Shown here: piece by piece, positions 27,709-37,470 of the stretch
Layout: every line of letters starts with the position of its first letter
Position numbering within the stretch: position 1 is the first letter of the stretch
Assembly: GCA_017518975.1 (NCBI GenBank)
Contig: JAFWTH010000037.1
Span: forward strand, 1 to 58,569
Length of the DNA stretch: 58,569 nt
Source of the DNA: Clostridia bacterium
GTDB taxonomy: Bacteria > Bacillota > Clostridia > Oscillospirales > CAG-272
Reading direction: 5' to 3'
Made by a program: the position numbers and the translations under genes
Notes under the pieces: model-generated
Told to the model about the DNA's origin: nothing
Databases searched by the model: none
The model's input: the letters and a program-made list of their open reading frames with translations, nothing else

Positions 27709-28394
27709 AGTCCGCCGCCCCCTTCCGCGCCGAAGCCGCATGCGGCGAAGACCTCCTCCGCGATCTCCTCCTTCGGGCGCATCGCGCCGTCTTTCGCGCA
27801 TTCTATGCGGCGCCATCCGAGATAGTCGGCGAGAAAAACCGAGTTGTCGTATACTTTCTTCAGAAAACCGCCGTCCGACTCGTGTATGTCGCCGTCTATC
27901 ACGCCTTCGCCTCCGCGTGAGGCGCGAAGCGTACGCGAGACGTCCGGCGGGACGTGCAGAAATATCACGGCGTCCGGCTTGCCGACGCCGAGCTTTTCGT
28001 ATTCGTAATCGCTGACGTAGCGGATGAATTCTTTCTTTTCCGCGGGATCTTCTATCAAAGCGGACTGATAGATCAGACTCGACGTGACGTATCTGTCGAG
28101 TATGAGCGTCTTGCCCTCTCCGACGAGCTTTTTCAGACCGCTGTGCCACGATATGGCGCGGTCGAGCGCGTACAGATTGTTGATGAAGTACGGCGAAAGG
28201 GATTCGGGAGGACCGAACGCGCCGCTGAGATATTCCGAGACGGGAGCGCCCTGTACCGTACCGTACGACGGGAAGTGATGACAGACGTACGGCTCCCCCG
28301 CCGCGTCGAGCTTTTTCGTCAGCAGTCGGACCTGCGTCGACTTGCCGATGCCGTCGCCCGAGCCCTCTATCACTATGAGCTTGCCTTTTTGCAT
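27705..28394 (-). CDS. tmk: Thymidylate / deoxynucleoside monophosphate kinase family
   Basis: IVIEGSGDGIGKSTQ P-loop, FP.Y, YALDR, LDRY.TS...YQ, DIHE. Confidence 0.8.
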   Translation of the reverse strand: MQKGKLIVIEGSGDGIGKSTQVRLLTKKLDAAGEPYVCHHFPSYGTVQGAPVSEYLSGAFGPPESLSPYFINNLYALDRAISWHSGLKKLVGEGKTLILDRYVTSSLIYQSALIEDPAEKKEFIRYVSDYEYEKLGVGKPDAVIFLHVPPDVSRTLRASRGGEGVIDGDIHESDGGFLKKVYDNSVFLADYLGWRRIECAKDGAMRPKEEIAEEVFAACGFGAEGGGGL

Positions 28395-28548
28395 ACGCTT
28401 CACCTCCCTCCTTAATATTACCATATCGTCCCGCCGTTTTCAAGTGCCGCGCGCCCTATAAAAAAACTATGTACAAAAACAATATTATATGTTATAATGT
28501 AGTTTGTATAGTTATGTTTATACCCGTTTTACTTGGAAAGAGTGGGAA

Positions 28549-29337
28549 ATGGATCAAAGGAAATACAGCCGTCCCGCCCCCCGCGAGGACGTCACGGCGG
28601 GAAGGAACGCGGTGAGAGAACTGCTTCTCTCCGGTAAAAGCGTCGACCGCGTCTTCGCCGCGCGCGGAGACGGAAAACTCGGCGAGATCGTCGCTCTTGC
28701 GAAAGAGGCGGGAGTCCCCGTGATCGACACGGAACGGGCAAAACTCGACGCGATGTGCCCGGGCATCCCCCATCAGGGCGTCGCGGCGGTCGCCGCCGCA
28801 CACGAATTCTCCTCTCTCGAGGACGTATTCGCCCTCGCCGAAAAGCGCGGCGAAAAACCGCTCATTGCGATATGCGACGGAGTCGAGGATCCCCACAATC
28901 TCGGCGCGATCATAAGATGCGCGGAATGCTCCGGTGCTCACGGCGTCGTGATCCCGAAAAGACGCAGCGTCGGTCTCAACGCGACCGTCGCAAAAGCGTC
29001 CGCCGGCGCGATCGAATACGTGCCGGTCGTTAGAGTAGGCAATATTCCCGAAACCATAGAAAAACTCAAAAAAAAGGGCGTATGGGTATACGCCGCCGAG
29101 GCGGGCGGCTCCACGTATTACGACGTCGATCTCGACCGGCCGGTCGCGATCGTTTTCGGAAGCGAGGGGCGCGGAGTTTCCGACCTTTCGAAGAAAAGGT
29201 GCGACGGAGTGATATCCATCCCGTTGTTCGGCAAGATTAATTCCCTGAACGTATCCGCCGCAGCGGCAGTTCTGCTCTGCCACGCGGCGGTATCCCAAAG
29301 AGAAGGCGGTGTTGACAATGCCAAGAAGATCAGATGA
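28549..29337 (+). CDS. rlmB: 23S rRNA Gm2251 methyltransferase (SPOUT)
   Basis: GRNAVRELL, HQGV, DGVEDPHNLGAIIR, GSEGRG, SLNVS. Confidence 0.93.
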   Translation: MDQRKYSRPAPREDVTAGRNAVRELLLSGKSVDRVFAARGDGKLGEIVALAKEAGVPVIDTERAKLDAMCPGIPHQGVAAVAAAHEFSSLEDVFALAEKRGEKPLIAICDGVEDPHNLGAIIRCAECSGAHGVVIPKRRSVGLNATVAKASAGAIEYVPVVRVGNIPETIEKLKKKGVWVYAAEAGGSTYYDVDLDRPVAIVFGSEGRGVSDLSKKRCDGVISIPLFGKINSLNVSAAAAVLLCHAAVSQREGGVDNAKKIR

Positions 29338-31843
29338 CAGAAAACACAAGCGCGGAAACGGAGGATTCTTCAAGCGTCGTTTCGACCCCGAGACGGACGG
29401 CAATTTCTCCTCCGAATTCGATTTCGAAGAAGAAAACGCAAACGAAGAGTCCGAAGAGGAGTCTTCGTTCGCTTCCGCTTTCAGCGATTTCTCTCCCGAG
29501 TTTTCGATCGCCGAAGAGGACGGGTCTGAAAAAAATCCGGAAGGCGCCGGGATCGGAGCCGGAGACCCGCCCGAAGAATTCGATCTTTCGGACATCGCGG
29601 AAGACGCCGAGGTCGAAGATACGGCTGAAGAGTTTGAACTTGAAGATATCCTTGTAGTTCCCGAAGCCGAAGAGATCCCCGACGTGACTGCGTCTGAAGA
29701 GGACGTCGGTGGATCCGGATCTGAAGATATCCCGGAGGACGCCGAAGTCGAAGAGGTCCCCGGTGAGGCGGAAGCCGCGGAGCCGGAGAACGACGACGAC
29801 GACGAGATCGACGTTCTGCCTGAACTCCTGACCGAGGAATTCGTGGTTCCCGACGAAGCCGACGGCGACGAGAACGAGCCGGAGATCCCCGAAGAGGAAA
29901 CCGAGGCGCCGGAAGAAGCCCACTTCGAGAAAGAGGAAACGCCCGGAGAATCTTCGACCGGACCGATGGGGTCCACCGACATGAATCTCCGCATCGCGTT
30001 CGGCCTTGAGGAGGAAGGGGAAGACGCCGTCAGCGAAAAGGTCAAGCGGCTCGGCGACCAGATGGAGTCGGACGTGAGAAAGAGCAAACCGGTCAGACTC
30101 ACGTGCCCCGAGTACACGGACCCCATGCAGGCAAAGAGCATCGCGGCGGCGTACAAGAGATCGTCGAAGCTTTATAACTTCCGTCTTCTTATTTCCGCGA
30201 TCCTCACTCTCGTTCTTTTGATCTATGAAAACATCCCCGCGATAACAACGCTTTTCGGCGGTCGCGCGAAGCAGTTCTCCGGAGTGCTCGATCCCGCCGC
30301 TTACCCGGTAGTATACACGATGGTAAGTCTGCAGATCCTGTTTATCGTTTGCGCGATCGGCTTCAAAGAGATCAAGTCCGGGGTAAGATCCCTGTTTCTC
30401 GGCGCACCCGATGCGCTCTCCCTTACGATACTTCCGGTCTTCATATGTACCGTTCACTCGGTGATAACGTCCTTCGTGGCGTCCTCGCGTTTCGAGCCCG
30501 TACTCTTCAATTCCGTCGGCGCTCTTGCGGTAACGCTCGCAATCATGAGCGCGCGGCTGAACAACAAGCGTGAAATGATGACGTTCTTCGTCGTCGGCTC
30601 GCGCCGAGATAAATACGCGATGTGCCGCTTCTCAGACGACGAACTGATCGACGATATCGAGGCGTTCGACGGAGACGAGGACGTAGGCGACCTCATGAAG
30701 ATCGAAAAAACGCACTTCATCGACTCGTTCTTTGCAAGAACTCAGGCGCCTAATCTCACAGCGCGCGTGTTCATTATGTCAATGATGGGTATTTCCCTCG
30801 TCCTCGCGATACTCGCGGGCGTTTACCACTTCGTCAACTCCGGGAAACCGAACGAAGCGCTTACGCTCGGCGCACTGATCGCAGGCACCGTCGTTCCGAT
30901 GTCCGCGTTCGTCACCTACAGTTACCCCTTTTACCGCGCCGCTAAAGCGGCGAAATCGGTCGATTCCGCGATAATCGGAGACGTTTCTCTCGACGAGTAC
31001 GCCGGAGCGTCCGTCGTGGCGTTCGACGACACGAACGTGTTCCCGTCCGTCGGGGTCAAGGTCCAGAACATCAGGATCTACAATAACGCGAGGATTGACA
31101 GAGTCCTCTACTACGCGGCGAGCGCGTTCTCACGTGCGGGAGGCCCGCTTGAGGACATATTCGAGATCGCGACGATGGATATGAACAAGTCGGACTCCGT
31201 CGAGATAATCGACGCCGCGGACGGCTACCTTGCGACGAAGATCGACGGTATCAACATTACGTTCGGCAGTTATGAAGAACTCCGTCTCAGGGGTTTTGCG
31301 ATCGACGAGGAGGTCGCCGTCGACGACGTCGACTTCTCAGGCGAGATGTGCATTATGTATATGATCCGCGAGGACAAACTCGTATCCAAACTCTACATAA
31401 AATACGAGATCGACACCGATATCGAACCGATCCTCAGACAGTTCAACGACGGCGGCGTTTATATGTGCGTCAGAACGTACGATCCCAACATCAACGAGGA
31501 TATGATCGCCTCAAAACTTGAAATGAAGAACCCGCCTGTCAAGGTAGTCCGCTTCCGCGAGGAAGGCGAGGTCGGAGAAGTGACCGAGAGAGCCGACAGC
31601 GGCATCGTCACAACCGGATCTCCCAAATCGCTGCTCCAGCTCATCCCGTACTGCGACAACACCTCCCGTACGAAGAGGGATTGCATGGCGCTCGGCATCG
31701 TCGCGTCGGTCATCGCCGCGATAATCGTCCTGCTTATCTTCATATCGGGCGGGATCTCGCGCGTGGGATCGCTGCTTCCGGCGATCTACCAGCTTGCCTG
31801 GCTGCTTCCGGCGTTCCTTATATCGAAGATCTTTGTAAGATAA
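29318..31843 (+). CDS. Membrane protein with a long acidic N-terminal region and a degenerate P-type ATPase-like C-terminus
   Basis: About 200 aa of E/D-rich low complexity, multiple TM helices, VVAFDDTNVFP where DKTGT is expected, two final TM helices. Confidence 0.65.
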   Translation: MPRRSDDRKHKRGNGGFFKRRFDPETDGNFSSEFDFEEENANEESEEESSFASAFSDFSPEFSIAEEDGSEKNPEGAGIGAGDPPEEFDLSDIAEDAEVEDTAEEFELEDILVVPEAEEIPDVTASEEDVGGSGSEDIPEDAEVEEVPGEAEAAEPENDDDDEIDVLPELLTEEFVVPDEADGDENEPEIPEEETEAPEEAHFEKEETPGESSTGPMGSTDMNLRIAFGLEEEGEDAVSEKVKRLGDQMESDVRKSKPVRLTCPEYTDPMQAKSIAAAYKRSSKLYNFRLLISAILTLVLLIYENIPAITTLFGGRAKQFSGVLDPAAYPVVYTMVSLQILFIVCAIGFKEIKSGVRSLFLGAPDALSLTILPVFICTVHSVITSFVASSRFEPVLFNSVGALAVTLAIMSARLNNKREMMTFFVVGSRRDKYAMCRFSDDELIDDIEAFDGDEDVGDLMKIEKTHFIDSFFARTQAPNLTARVFIMSMMGISLVLAILAGVYHFVNSGKPNEALTLGALIAGTVVPMSAFVTYSYPFYRAAKAAKSVDSAIIGDVSLDEYAGASVVAFDDTNVFPSVGVKVQNIRIYNNARIDRVLYYAASAFSRAGGPLEDIFEIATMDMNKSDSVEIIDAADGYLATKIDGINITFGSYEELRLRGFAIDEEVAVDDVDFSGEMCIMYMIREDKLVSKLYIKYEIDTDIEPILRQFNDGGVYMCVRTYDPNINEDMIASKLEMKNPPVKVVRFREEGEVGEVTERADSGIVTTGSPKSLLQLIPYCDNTSRTKRDCMALGIVASVIAAIIVLLIFISGGISRVGSLLPAIYQLAWLLPAFLISKIFVR

Positions 31844-31985
31844 CGAAAGGGGAGAGATCCGGAGACCCGGGTTTCTCCCCGTGATTTAGAATCGCAGGCG
31901 CGAGACGCCCAGCCCGCCCCCGGGCGTCCGCAGCGCCGCTCTTTTTCGGATCTTTCGCCGCCAGATTTTCAAAAACGGAGCCCTT

Positions 31986-34589
31986 ATGAGAGAAGACGTA
32001 AAAAAGTTCATATCGTCCGTATCGCGCCCCGGAAGATATACCGGAGGCGAGAGAGGAACCGTTCTGAAGGACAAGAACGCGGTCGATCTCCGCGTGGCTT
32101 TCTGTTTCCCGGACAGCTACGAGATCGGGATGTCAAATCTCGGCATGAGGATCCTCTGCGCGGTCCTGAACGACATGGACCGCGTGCTCTGCGAGCGCGT
32201 CTATGCTCCGTGGCCCGATATGGAAGAAAAGATGAGAGAGGCGGGCGTCCCGCTTTTCACTCTCGACAGTGGGGACGCGGTCGGAGAATTCGACATCGTT
32301 GCGTTCACGATGCAGTACGAGCTCTGCTACACGAACGTGCTCAATATGCTCTCCCTCTCGGGTATCCCGTTCCGCTCCGCCGACAGGAGCGAAGACGATC
32401 CGGTCATAATCGCGGGCGGACCGTGCTCCTATAATCCCGAGCCGATGGCTCCTTTCGTCGATATCTTTTCAATAGGCGAGGGCGAGGACGCCCTGCCCGA
32501 GCTCGCCGCCCTTTATCTCAGAATGAAGGACGACGGGACGTATACGAAAGAAAAATTCCTCCGTGCGGCGGCGACTGAGCTCGACGGGTTTTACGTGCCG
32601 TCGCTCTACGAGCCGTCGTATAACGAAGACGGAACGCTCGCCTCGTTCGAGCCGCTGTTCCCAGACGTGCCGAGAACGATCACGAAGCGCGTGATCGCCG
32701 ACCTCGACGCGGCGAGAGTGCCGCTCGAGCCGGTCATGCCGTTCGTCGAGACCGTCCACGACAGAGTCACTCTGGAGGTCTTCCGCGGGTGTATCCGCGG
32801 ATGCCGCTTCTGCCAGGCGGGTTTCGTCTGCCGCCCTGTGCGCGAAAGGTCGCCCGAGGTCCTCTCTGAACAGGCAAAGGCAATGTGCGCCTGGAGCGGA
32901 TACGACGAGATCTCCCTCTCGTCCCTCTCGATCAGCGACTACTCGAAGATAGGGACGCTTACCGACCGTCTGCTCACCTGGACGGATGAAGAAAAGATAA
33001 ATCTGTCTCTGCCGTCGCTCCGTGCGGACAGTTTCACCCCCGAACTCATGGAAAAAGTGTCGTCTGTACGGACGAGCGCCGTAACGTTCGCCCCCGAGGC
33101 GGGCTCGCAGCGCCTCCGCGACGTTATAAACAAAAACGTCACCGAGGAAGAGATCCTGTCGGCGGCGGGCGTCGCGTACAACGCCGGGAAGAGCAAGATA
33201 AAACTGTACTTTATGAACGGTCTGCCGGGCGAGACGTACGACGACATCGCCGGGATCGCCGACCTCGCTCACAAAGTCGTCGACAAATACTACCGCAGCG
33301 AGAACAGGAACCGGCGGCAGCAGCCGCAGGTGACGCTCTCCGTCGCTTGCTTCATACCGAAGCCGCACACCCCCTTCCAGTGGGAGGGTCAGAACACGTT
33401 TGAAGAACTTGAGGACAAGCAGAGATTTCTGCTCTCAAAGATCACCGACAGAAAGGTGAGATACAATTACCACGACGCGAAGGTCTCCCATATCGAGGCG
33501 GTCTTCGCCCGCGGCGACCGCCGCCTTGCCGACGCGATCGAAACGGCTGTAAAACGCGGTATGAAATTTGACGCGTGGGATGAGTTTTTCGACTTCGACG
33601 GATGGCTTGACGTCTTTCGCGAATGTTCGCTCGACCCCGCGTTCTACGCCTGCCGCACCATCCCGGACGAAGAACTTCTCCCTTGGGATATGATCGACTC
33701 GGGCGTTTCCAAGTCATTCCTTCTGAGAGAACGTCACAAGGCGTACGAGGCGGCGACGACTCCGTCGTGCCGTGAAAAGTGCTCGGGATGCGGCGTCAAT
33801 TCCCTCGTCCCTGCGGAGTACTGCCGCTGGTGTCCCGGACACGGCGGAGGAGAAGACGCCGAGGATATCGTCACGGGAGAAGAGCTCCCGCGGCGCGCGA
33901 AAGAGGAGAGGGGACATCTCGACCCCGTGCGTTCCGTCAGAATCCGCTTCTCTAAGGGAGGCGCGACGCTTTACGTATCGCACCTCGACCTCGCAAAAAC
34001 GATGACCCGCGCGATACGGAGATCGGGGATCCCGGTCTGGTTCAGCGAGGGCTTCAATCCGATACCGCGCCTCGTCTTCGCCTCCTCGCTCTCCGTCGGA
34101 TGCGCCGGGGAAAGAGAAGTGCTCGATATCAAGATCACTGAGGAAATGAGCGACGGCGAAATAAAAGAGCGGCTTTCCGCCGCCGTTCCGCCCGGGATAG
34201 AGATACTCGACGTTTACACGAAGGAGAGAAAACTCACCGACGTCAAGTGGGCGGAAAACGAAATCTCGTTCTTCTCGTGCCGTATCGATCCCGACCTGCC
34301 CGGAAAGATCGCGGAGCTGTTCCGCGGTCCTGTCGTTATTATGAAAAGATCGAAAAGCGGCGAGCGCGAGGTCGATATCTCCCCTCTCGTCAGATCTCTT
34401 TCCGCGTCGGTCGACGGGGAAGTTCTCCGCATCCGCGCCGTGACCGGGGCGTCCGATTCCGCGTACCTCAACCCGGAGCTGATCGCCCGCGCAATCGAGC
34501 GTGAATTCTCGGTGGAGGGAACTGCCGGATACCATACGGTCACCAGAAAAATGCTCCTTCTGGACGACGGCGAAACAGAGTTCAGATAA
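31986..34589 (+). CDS. TIGR03960-type B12-binding radical SAM protein fused to a TIGR03936/DUF2344-like domain
   Basis: PGRYTGGE, FPDSYEIGMSNLG, RGCIRGCRFCQAG, TFAPEAG, PKPHTPFQW; C-terminal YVSHLD...FSEGFNPIP. Confidence 0.9.
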   Translation: MREDVKKFISSVSRPGRYTGGERGTVLKDKNAVDLRVAFCFPDSYEIGMSNLGMRILCAVLNDMDRVLCERVYAPWPDMEEKMREAGVPLFTLDSGDAVGEFDIVAFTMQYELCYTNVLNMLSLSGIPFRSADRSEDDPVIIAGGPCSYNPEPMAPFVDIFSIGEGEDALPELAALYLRMKDDGTYTKEKFLRAAATELDGFYVPSLYEPSYNEDGTLASFEPLFPDVPRTITKRVIADLDAARVPLEPVMPFVETVHDRVTLEVFRGCIRGCRFCQAGFVCRPVRERSPEVLSEQAKAMCAWSGYDEISLSSLSISDYSKIGTLTDRLLTWTDEEKINLSLPSLRADSFTPELMEKVSSVRTSAVTFAPEAGSQRLRDVINKNVTEEEILSAAGVAYNAGKSKIKLYFMNGLPGETYDDIAGIADLAHKVVDKYYRSENRNRRQQPQVTLSVACFIPKPHTPFQWEGQNTFEELEDKQRFLLSKITDRKVRYNYHDAKVSHIEAVFARGDRRLADAIETAVKRGMKFDAWDEFFDFDGWLDVFRECSLDPAFYACRTIPDEELLPWDMIDSGVSKSFLLRERHKAYEAATTPSCREKCSGCGVNSLVPAEYCRWCPGHGGGEDAEDIVTGEELPRRAKEERGHLDPVRSVRIRFSKGGATLYVSHLDLAKTMTRAIRRSGIPVWFSEGFNPIPRLVFASSLSVGCAGEREVLDIKITEEMSDGEIKERLSAAVPPGIEILDVYTKERKLTDVKWAENEISFFSCRIDPDLPGKIAELFRGPVVIMKRSKSGEREVDISPLVRSLSASVDGEVLRIRAVTGASDSAYLNPELIARAIEREFSVEGTAGYHTVTRKMLLLDDGETEFR

Positions 34590-34648
34590 CTTGATTTTAC
34601 AGTGACATTCGTCATATAATATATGAAAAAGAAAGGAACGGTGATATC

Positions 34649-34912
34649 ATGAATCCCAAAACAGAAAAAGATAAGACGATCACCTTTTCCCTCCGCGAAG
34701 ACGACCGCGAACGCGAGCGTCACGCAATGCTCCGCGCCGTATACGACGCGCTGAGCGAACGCGGATATAACCCTCTCGTTCAGATAGTGGGCTATATCCT
34801 GACGGAGGATCCCACCTATATCACCAACCACAAGAACGCGCGCGCCATAATGAGCAAGATCGACAGAGACGACCTCATGTTCGCTCTTCTCAAGGAATAT
34901 CTCGACATCTGA
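34649..34912 (+). CDS. ireB: IreB/ReoM (DUF965) regulatory phosphoprotein
   Basis: DKTITF, VYDALSERGYNPLVQIVGYILTEDPTYIT, IDRDD. Confidence 0.92.
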   Translation: MNPKTEKDKTITFSLREDDRERERHAMLRAVYDALSERGYNPLVQIVGYILTEDPTYITNHKNARAIMSKIDRDDLMFALLKEYLDI

Positions 34913-34920
34913 GGGAGAAA

Positions 34921-35898
34921 ATGGTCTTTTATCGTCTCCCGGAGTGTGAACCGGTCGACGGCACGCCGCGCGGCGCCGTCGCCGTGCTTGGGTTTTTCGA
35001 CGGAGTCCACCGCGGCCACCGCGAACTGTTCTCTGTCGCCGCCCGGTATGGGAAGCCCGTCGTTGCCTGGACTTTTTTCTCGGGGGACAGGACGGATCTT
35101 CTGACCGATGACTCCTCTCGTTTCCGTCTTTTGTCCGAAGCGGGCGCCGGATTTGTTGCCGCCGCCGATTTCAACTCGATCCGGGATACGGACGGCGAGG
35201 CGTTTGTCAAAGACGTGCTCGCAGGGCGTCTCGGAGTCAGCCGGGTCGTGTCGGGCGAATCGTTCCGGTTCGGTAAAAACGCCGCATGGAACTCGGACGA
35301 TCTTTCATCTTTTTGCCGCGAGGCGGGTATCCCCGCCGAAGTCGTTCCGACGGTGACCGTCGACGGAACGCCTGTCTCTTCCTCCGCGACGCGTTCGCTG
35401 ATCGCCTCGGGCGACGTCGAGGGCGCGGCGCGTCTGCTCGGCAGAGAGCATTTTTACCATCTCCCCGTCGTGAGAGGGAAAATGCTCGGACGCCGTCTCG
35501 GTTTTCCTACGGCGAATCAGATAATCCCGAAGTCTCTCATAACCCCCTCCCGCGGAGTCTACGTCTGCCGCGCCTCGTTCGAGGAGGCGGGCGCGGAAGT
35601 CCGGTTCCCCGGAGTGCTCAACGTCGGCGTCTGCCCGACACTCGGGCGTGAGGAACTCGCCGCCTTCCGCAAAGAGAATCCCGATTACCGAGCTCCCGAC
35701 GAGTCGATCCTCGGAAGAGAAGTCATGGAGACGCACGTTATCGGATACGACGGAGATCTGTACGGCAGGACGCTTCGCGTCGAACTGTGCCGCAAACTGA
35801 GAGATGAAAAAAAGTTCTCCACGCTCGGGGAACTTACGGATCAGATCCGCGCGGACGAGCGGTCCGCGCTTGAATACTTCAAAAATAACATACTTTAA
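34921..35898 (+). CDS. ribF: Bifunctional riboflavin kinase / FAD synthetase
   Basis: GFFDGVHRGH, FRFG, VSSS, GFPTAN, NVGVCPT, ETHVIGYDGDLYG. Confidence 0.92.
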   Translation: MVFYRLPECEPVDGTPRGAVAVLGFFDGVHRGHRELFSVAARYGKPVVAWTFFSGDRTDLLTDDSSRFRLLSEAGAGFVAAADFNSIRDTDGEAFVKDVLAGRLGVSRVVSGESFRFGKNAAWNSDDLSSFCREAGIPAEVVPTVTVDGTPVSSSATRSLIASGDVEGAARLLGREHFYHLPVVRGKMLGRRLGFPTANQIIPKSLITPSRGVYVCRASFEEAGAEVRFPGVLNVGVCPTLGREELAAFRKENPDYRAPDESILGREVMETHVIGYDGDLYGRTLRVELCRKLRDEKKFSTLGELTDQIRADERSALEYFKNNIL

Positions 35899-35921
35899 GA
35901 TTTCGAAAGGAGATCCGCGCC

Positions 35922-37268
35922 ATGGCGAGGAAAATCACAAGAGATCGCGTTCGCCGCGCGGTTTCCTTTTTTGTGTCGGCGGTCCTTCTGCTGTCCCTTT
36001 CGGCGCTTTTCGTTCACGCCGAACCGGATCCGCCGCTTCTCGAAAAAGTCGGTTCCGCGTGCCTTTATAACGTCGAGAGCAACGACGTCCTCTTTGAACT
36101 GAACCCCGACGCCGAGATCTATCCGACGTCGACCGTCAAGATAATGACGGGTATCGTCGCGCTCGAAAACTCGCCCGATCTCAAAAAGCAGATCACGGTC
36201 ACCGACCAAATGCTTGAAAGCGTCCGCGGAAACGCGATCGGTTTTATGCCGGGCGAGGTCGTCACCGTCGAGCAGGCGCTGTACTGTCTGCTCGTAAACA
36301 ACGCCAACGACGCGGCGATGATCCTCGCGTACGCCGTCGCGGGAAGCGAGGCGGCGTTCGTTGACATGATGAACGAAAAAGCAAGAGAACTCTCCGCGTT
36401 GAAAACTCATTACACGAACTGTACGGGAATGCATGACGACGCCTCCGTAACTACTGCGTCGGACACGCTCAAAATAGCGAAATACGCGTACTCTCTCGAT
36501 CGCTTTATCGAGATTACGTCGACGGGTCACTACGTCGTCGACGCAACGAACCTCAGCGAGGCGCGCGACGTATACAACCGGAACTGTCTCGTGTCGAAAT
36601 ACTACAAAGACGAGTACTATTACGAGGGCGTAGTCGGACTCAACGCCGGCTCGACCCCGCAGGGCGGCTACTGCGCCGTCACTGTCGCTCACGACGCGGA
36701 GGCCACCGTGACGTACATCTCGGTCGTAATGAACGCCGAGAGCGACGAGGAAACCATGTACAATTACAAAGGAACGGCAGACCTGCTCGACTGGGCGTTC
36801 TCCTCATTTGGATTCCGCGAGGTTCTCGGTAAGAAGCAGGTCGTCTGCGAGATCCCCGTCAAACTCGCGCAGACCGTCGACTACGTGACGCTCGTTCCAG
36901 CCGAATCGCTTACCGTGTTTCTCCCCGCCGATGCGGATATCGAGCGGGACGTAACGATAAGCTGCCGCACGGAGAGCGATTATCTCGAGGCGCCTGTCAA
37001 ACTCGGTCAGCGCGCAGGAGTCGCCATGGTCTCGTACGGAGATAAGATGCTCGGAACGGTCGAACTCGTGACCACGTCCGACGTGAGCCGGAGCGAACTG
37101 CTCTACAATATGGAACGGATCAAAGAATTTACGAAGGGCCCGTTCTTTATCGCAACCGTCGTCTCTCTCGTTGGTTTCAGCCTCCTTTATATCCTCATAA
37201 AAGCGCGTTACAACCAGAAAAAACTCCGTTCCCGCGTCCCCGCGACAAGAGGAAGACGCTTCAAATAA
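35922..37268 (+). CDS. D-Ala-D-Ala carboxypeptidase (peptidase S11) family protein with degenerate motifs
   Basis: Signal peptide, PTSTVKIMT, AFVDMMNEKA, PBP5-type C-domain, C-terminal TM; SxN appears as NAN and KTG as NAG. Confidence 0.85.
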   Translation: MARKITRDRVRRAVSFFVSAVLLLSLSALFVHAEPDPPLLEKVGSACLYNVESNDVLFELNPDAEIYPTSTVKIMTGIVALENSPDLKKQITVTDQMLESVRGNAIGFMPGEVVTVEQALYCLLVNNANDAAMILAYAVAGSEAAFVDMMNEKARELSALKTHYTNCTGMHDDASVTTASDTLKIAKYAYSLDRFIEITSTGHYVVDATNLSEARDVYNRNCLVSKYYKDEYYYEGVVGLNAGSTPQGGYCAVTVAHDAEATVTYISVVMNAESDEETMYNYKGTADLLDWAFSSFGFREVLGKKQVVCEIPVKLAQTVDYVTLVPAESLTVFLPADADIERDVTISCRTESDYLEAPVKLGQRAGVAMVSYGDKMLGTVELVTTSDVSRSELLYNMERIKEFTKGPFFIATVVSLVGFSLLYILIKARYNQKKLRSRVPATRGRRFK

Positions 37269-37470
37269 AGTAAATAAGTACGAAAATGAAAAAAGAAATC
37301 CCGTAAAAATCCGCGGTTCCGGCAAAGCCGGCAAGAACTTTTTCAAATATTTCAGAAACGTCACAGGATCCGCCGTAAAGTTTTCTTGAAATGGGTCATC
37401 CCATTCAAGAAAACTTTATCCTGCTTGCAAAGCAAGCAGAAGGATCAGATAACAGATCCCGAAAGGAATT

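Noticed and set aside
27709-28443. 376-aa ORF suggesting an extended Mini-III
   Set aside because: The extension is an alternative frame over tmk; Mini-III starts at GTG 27708
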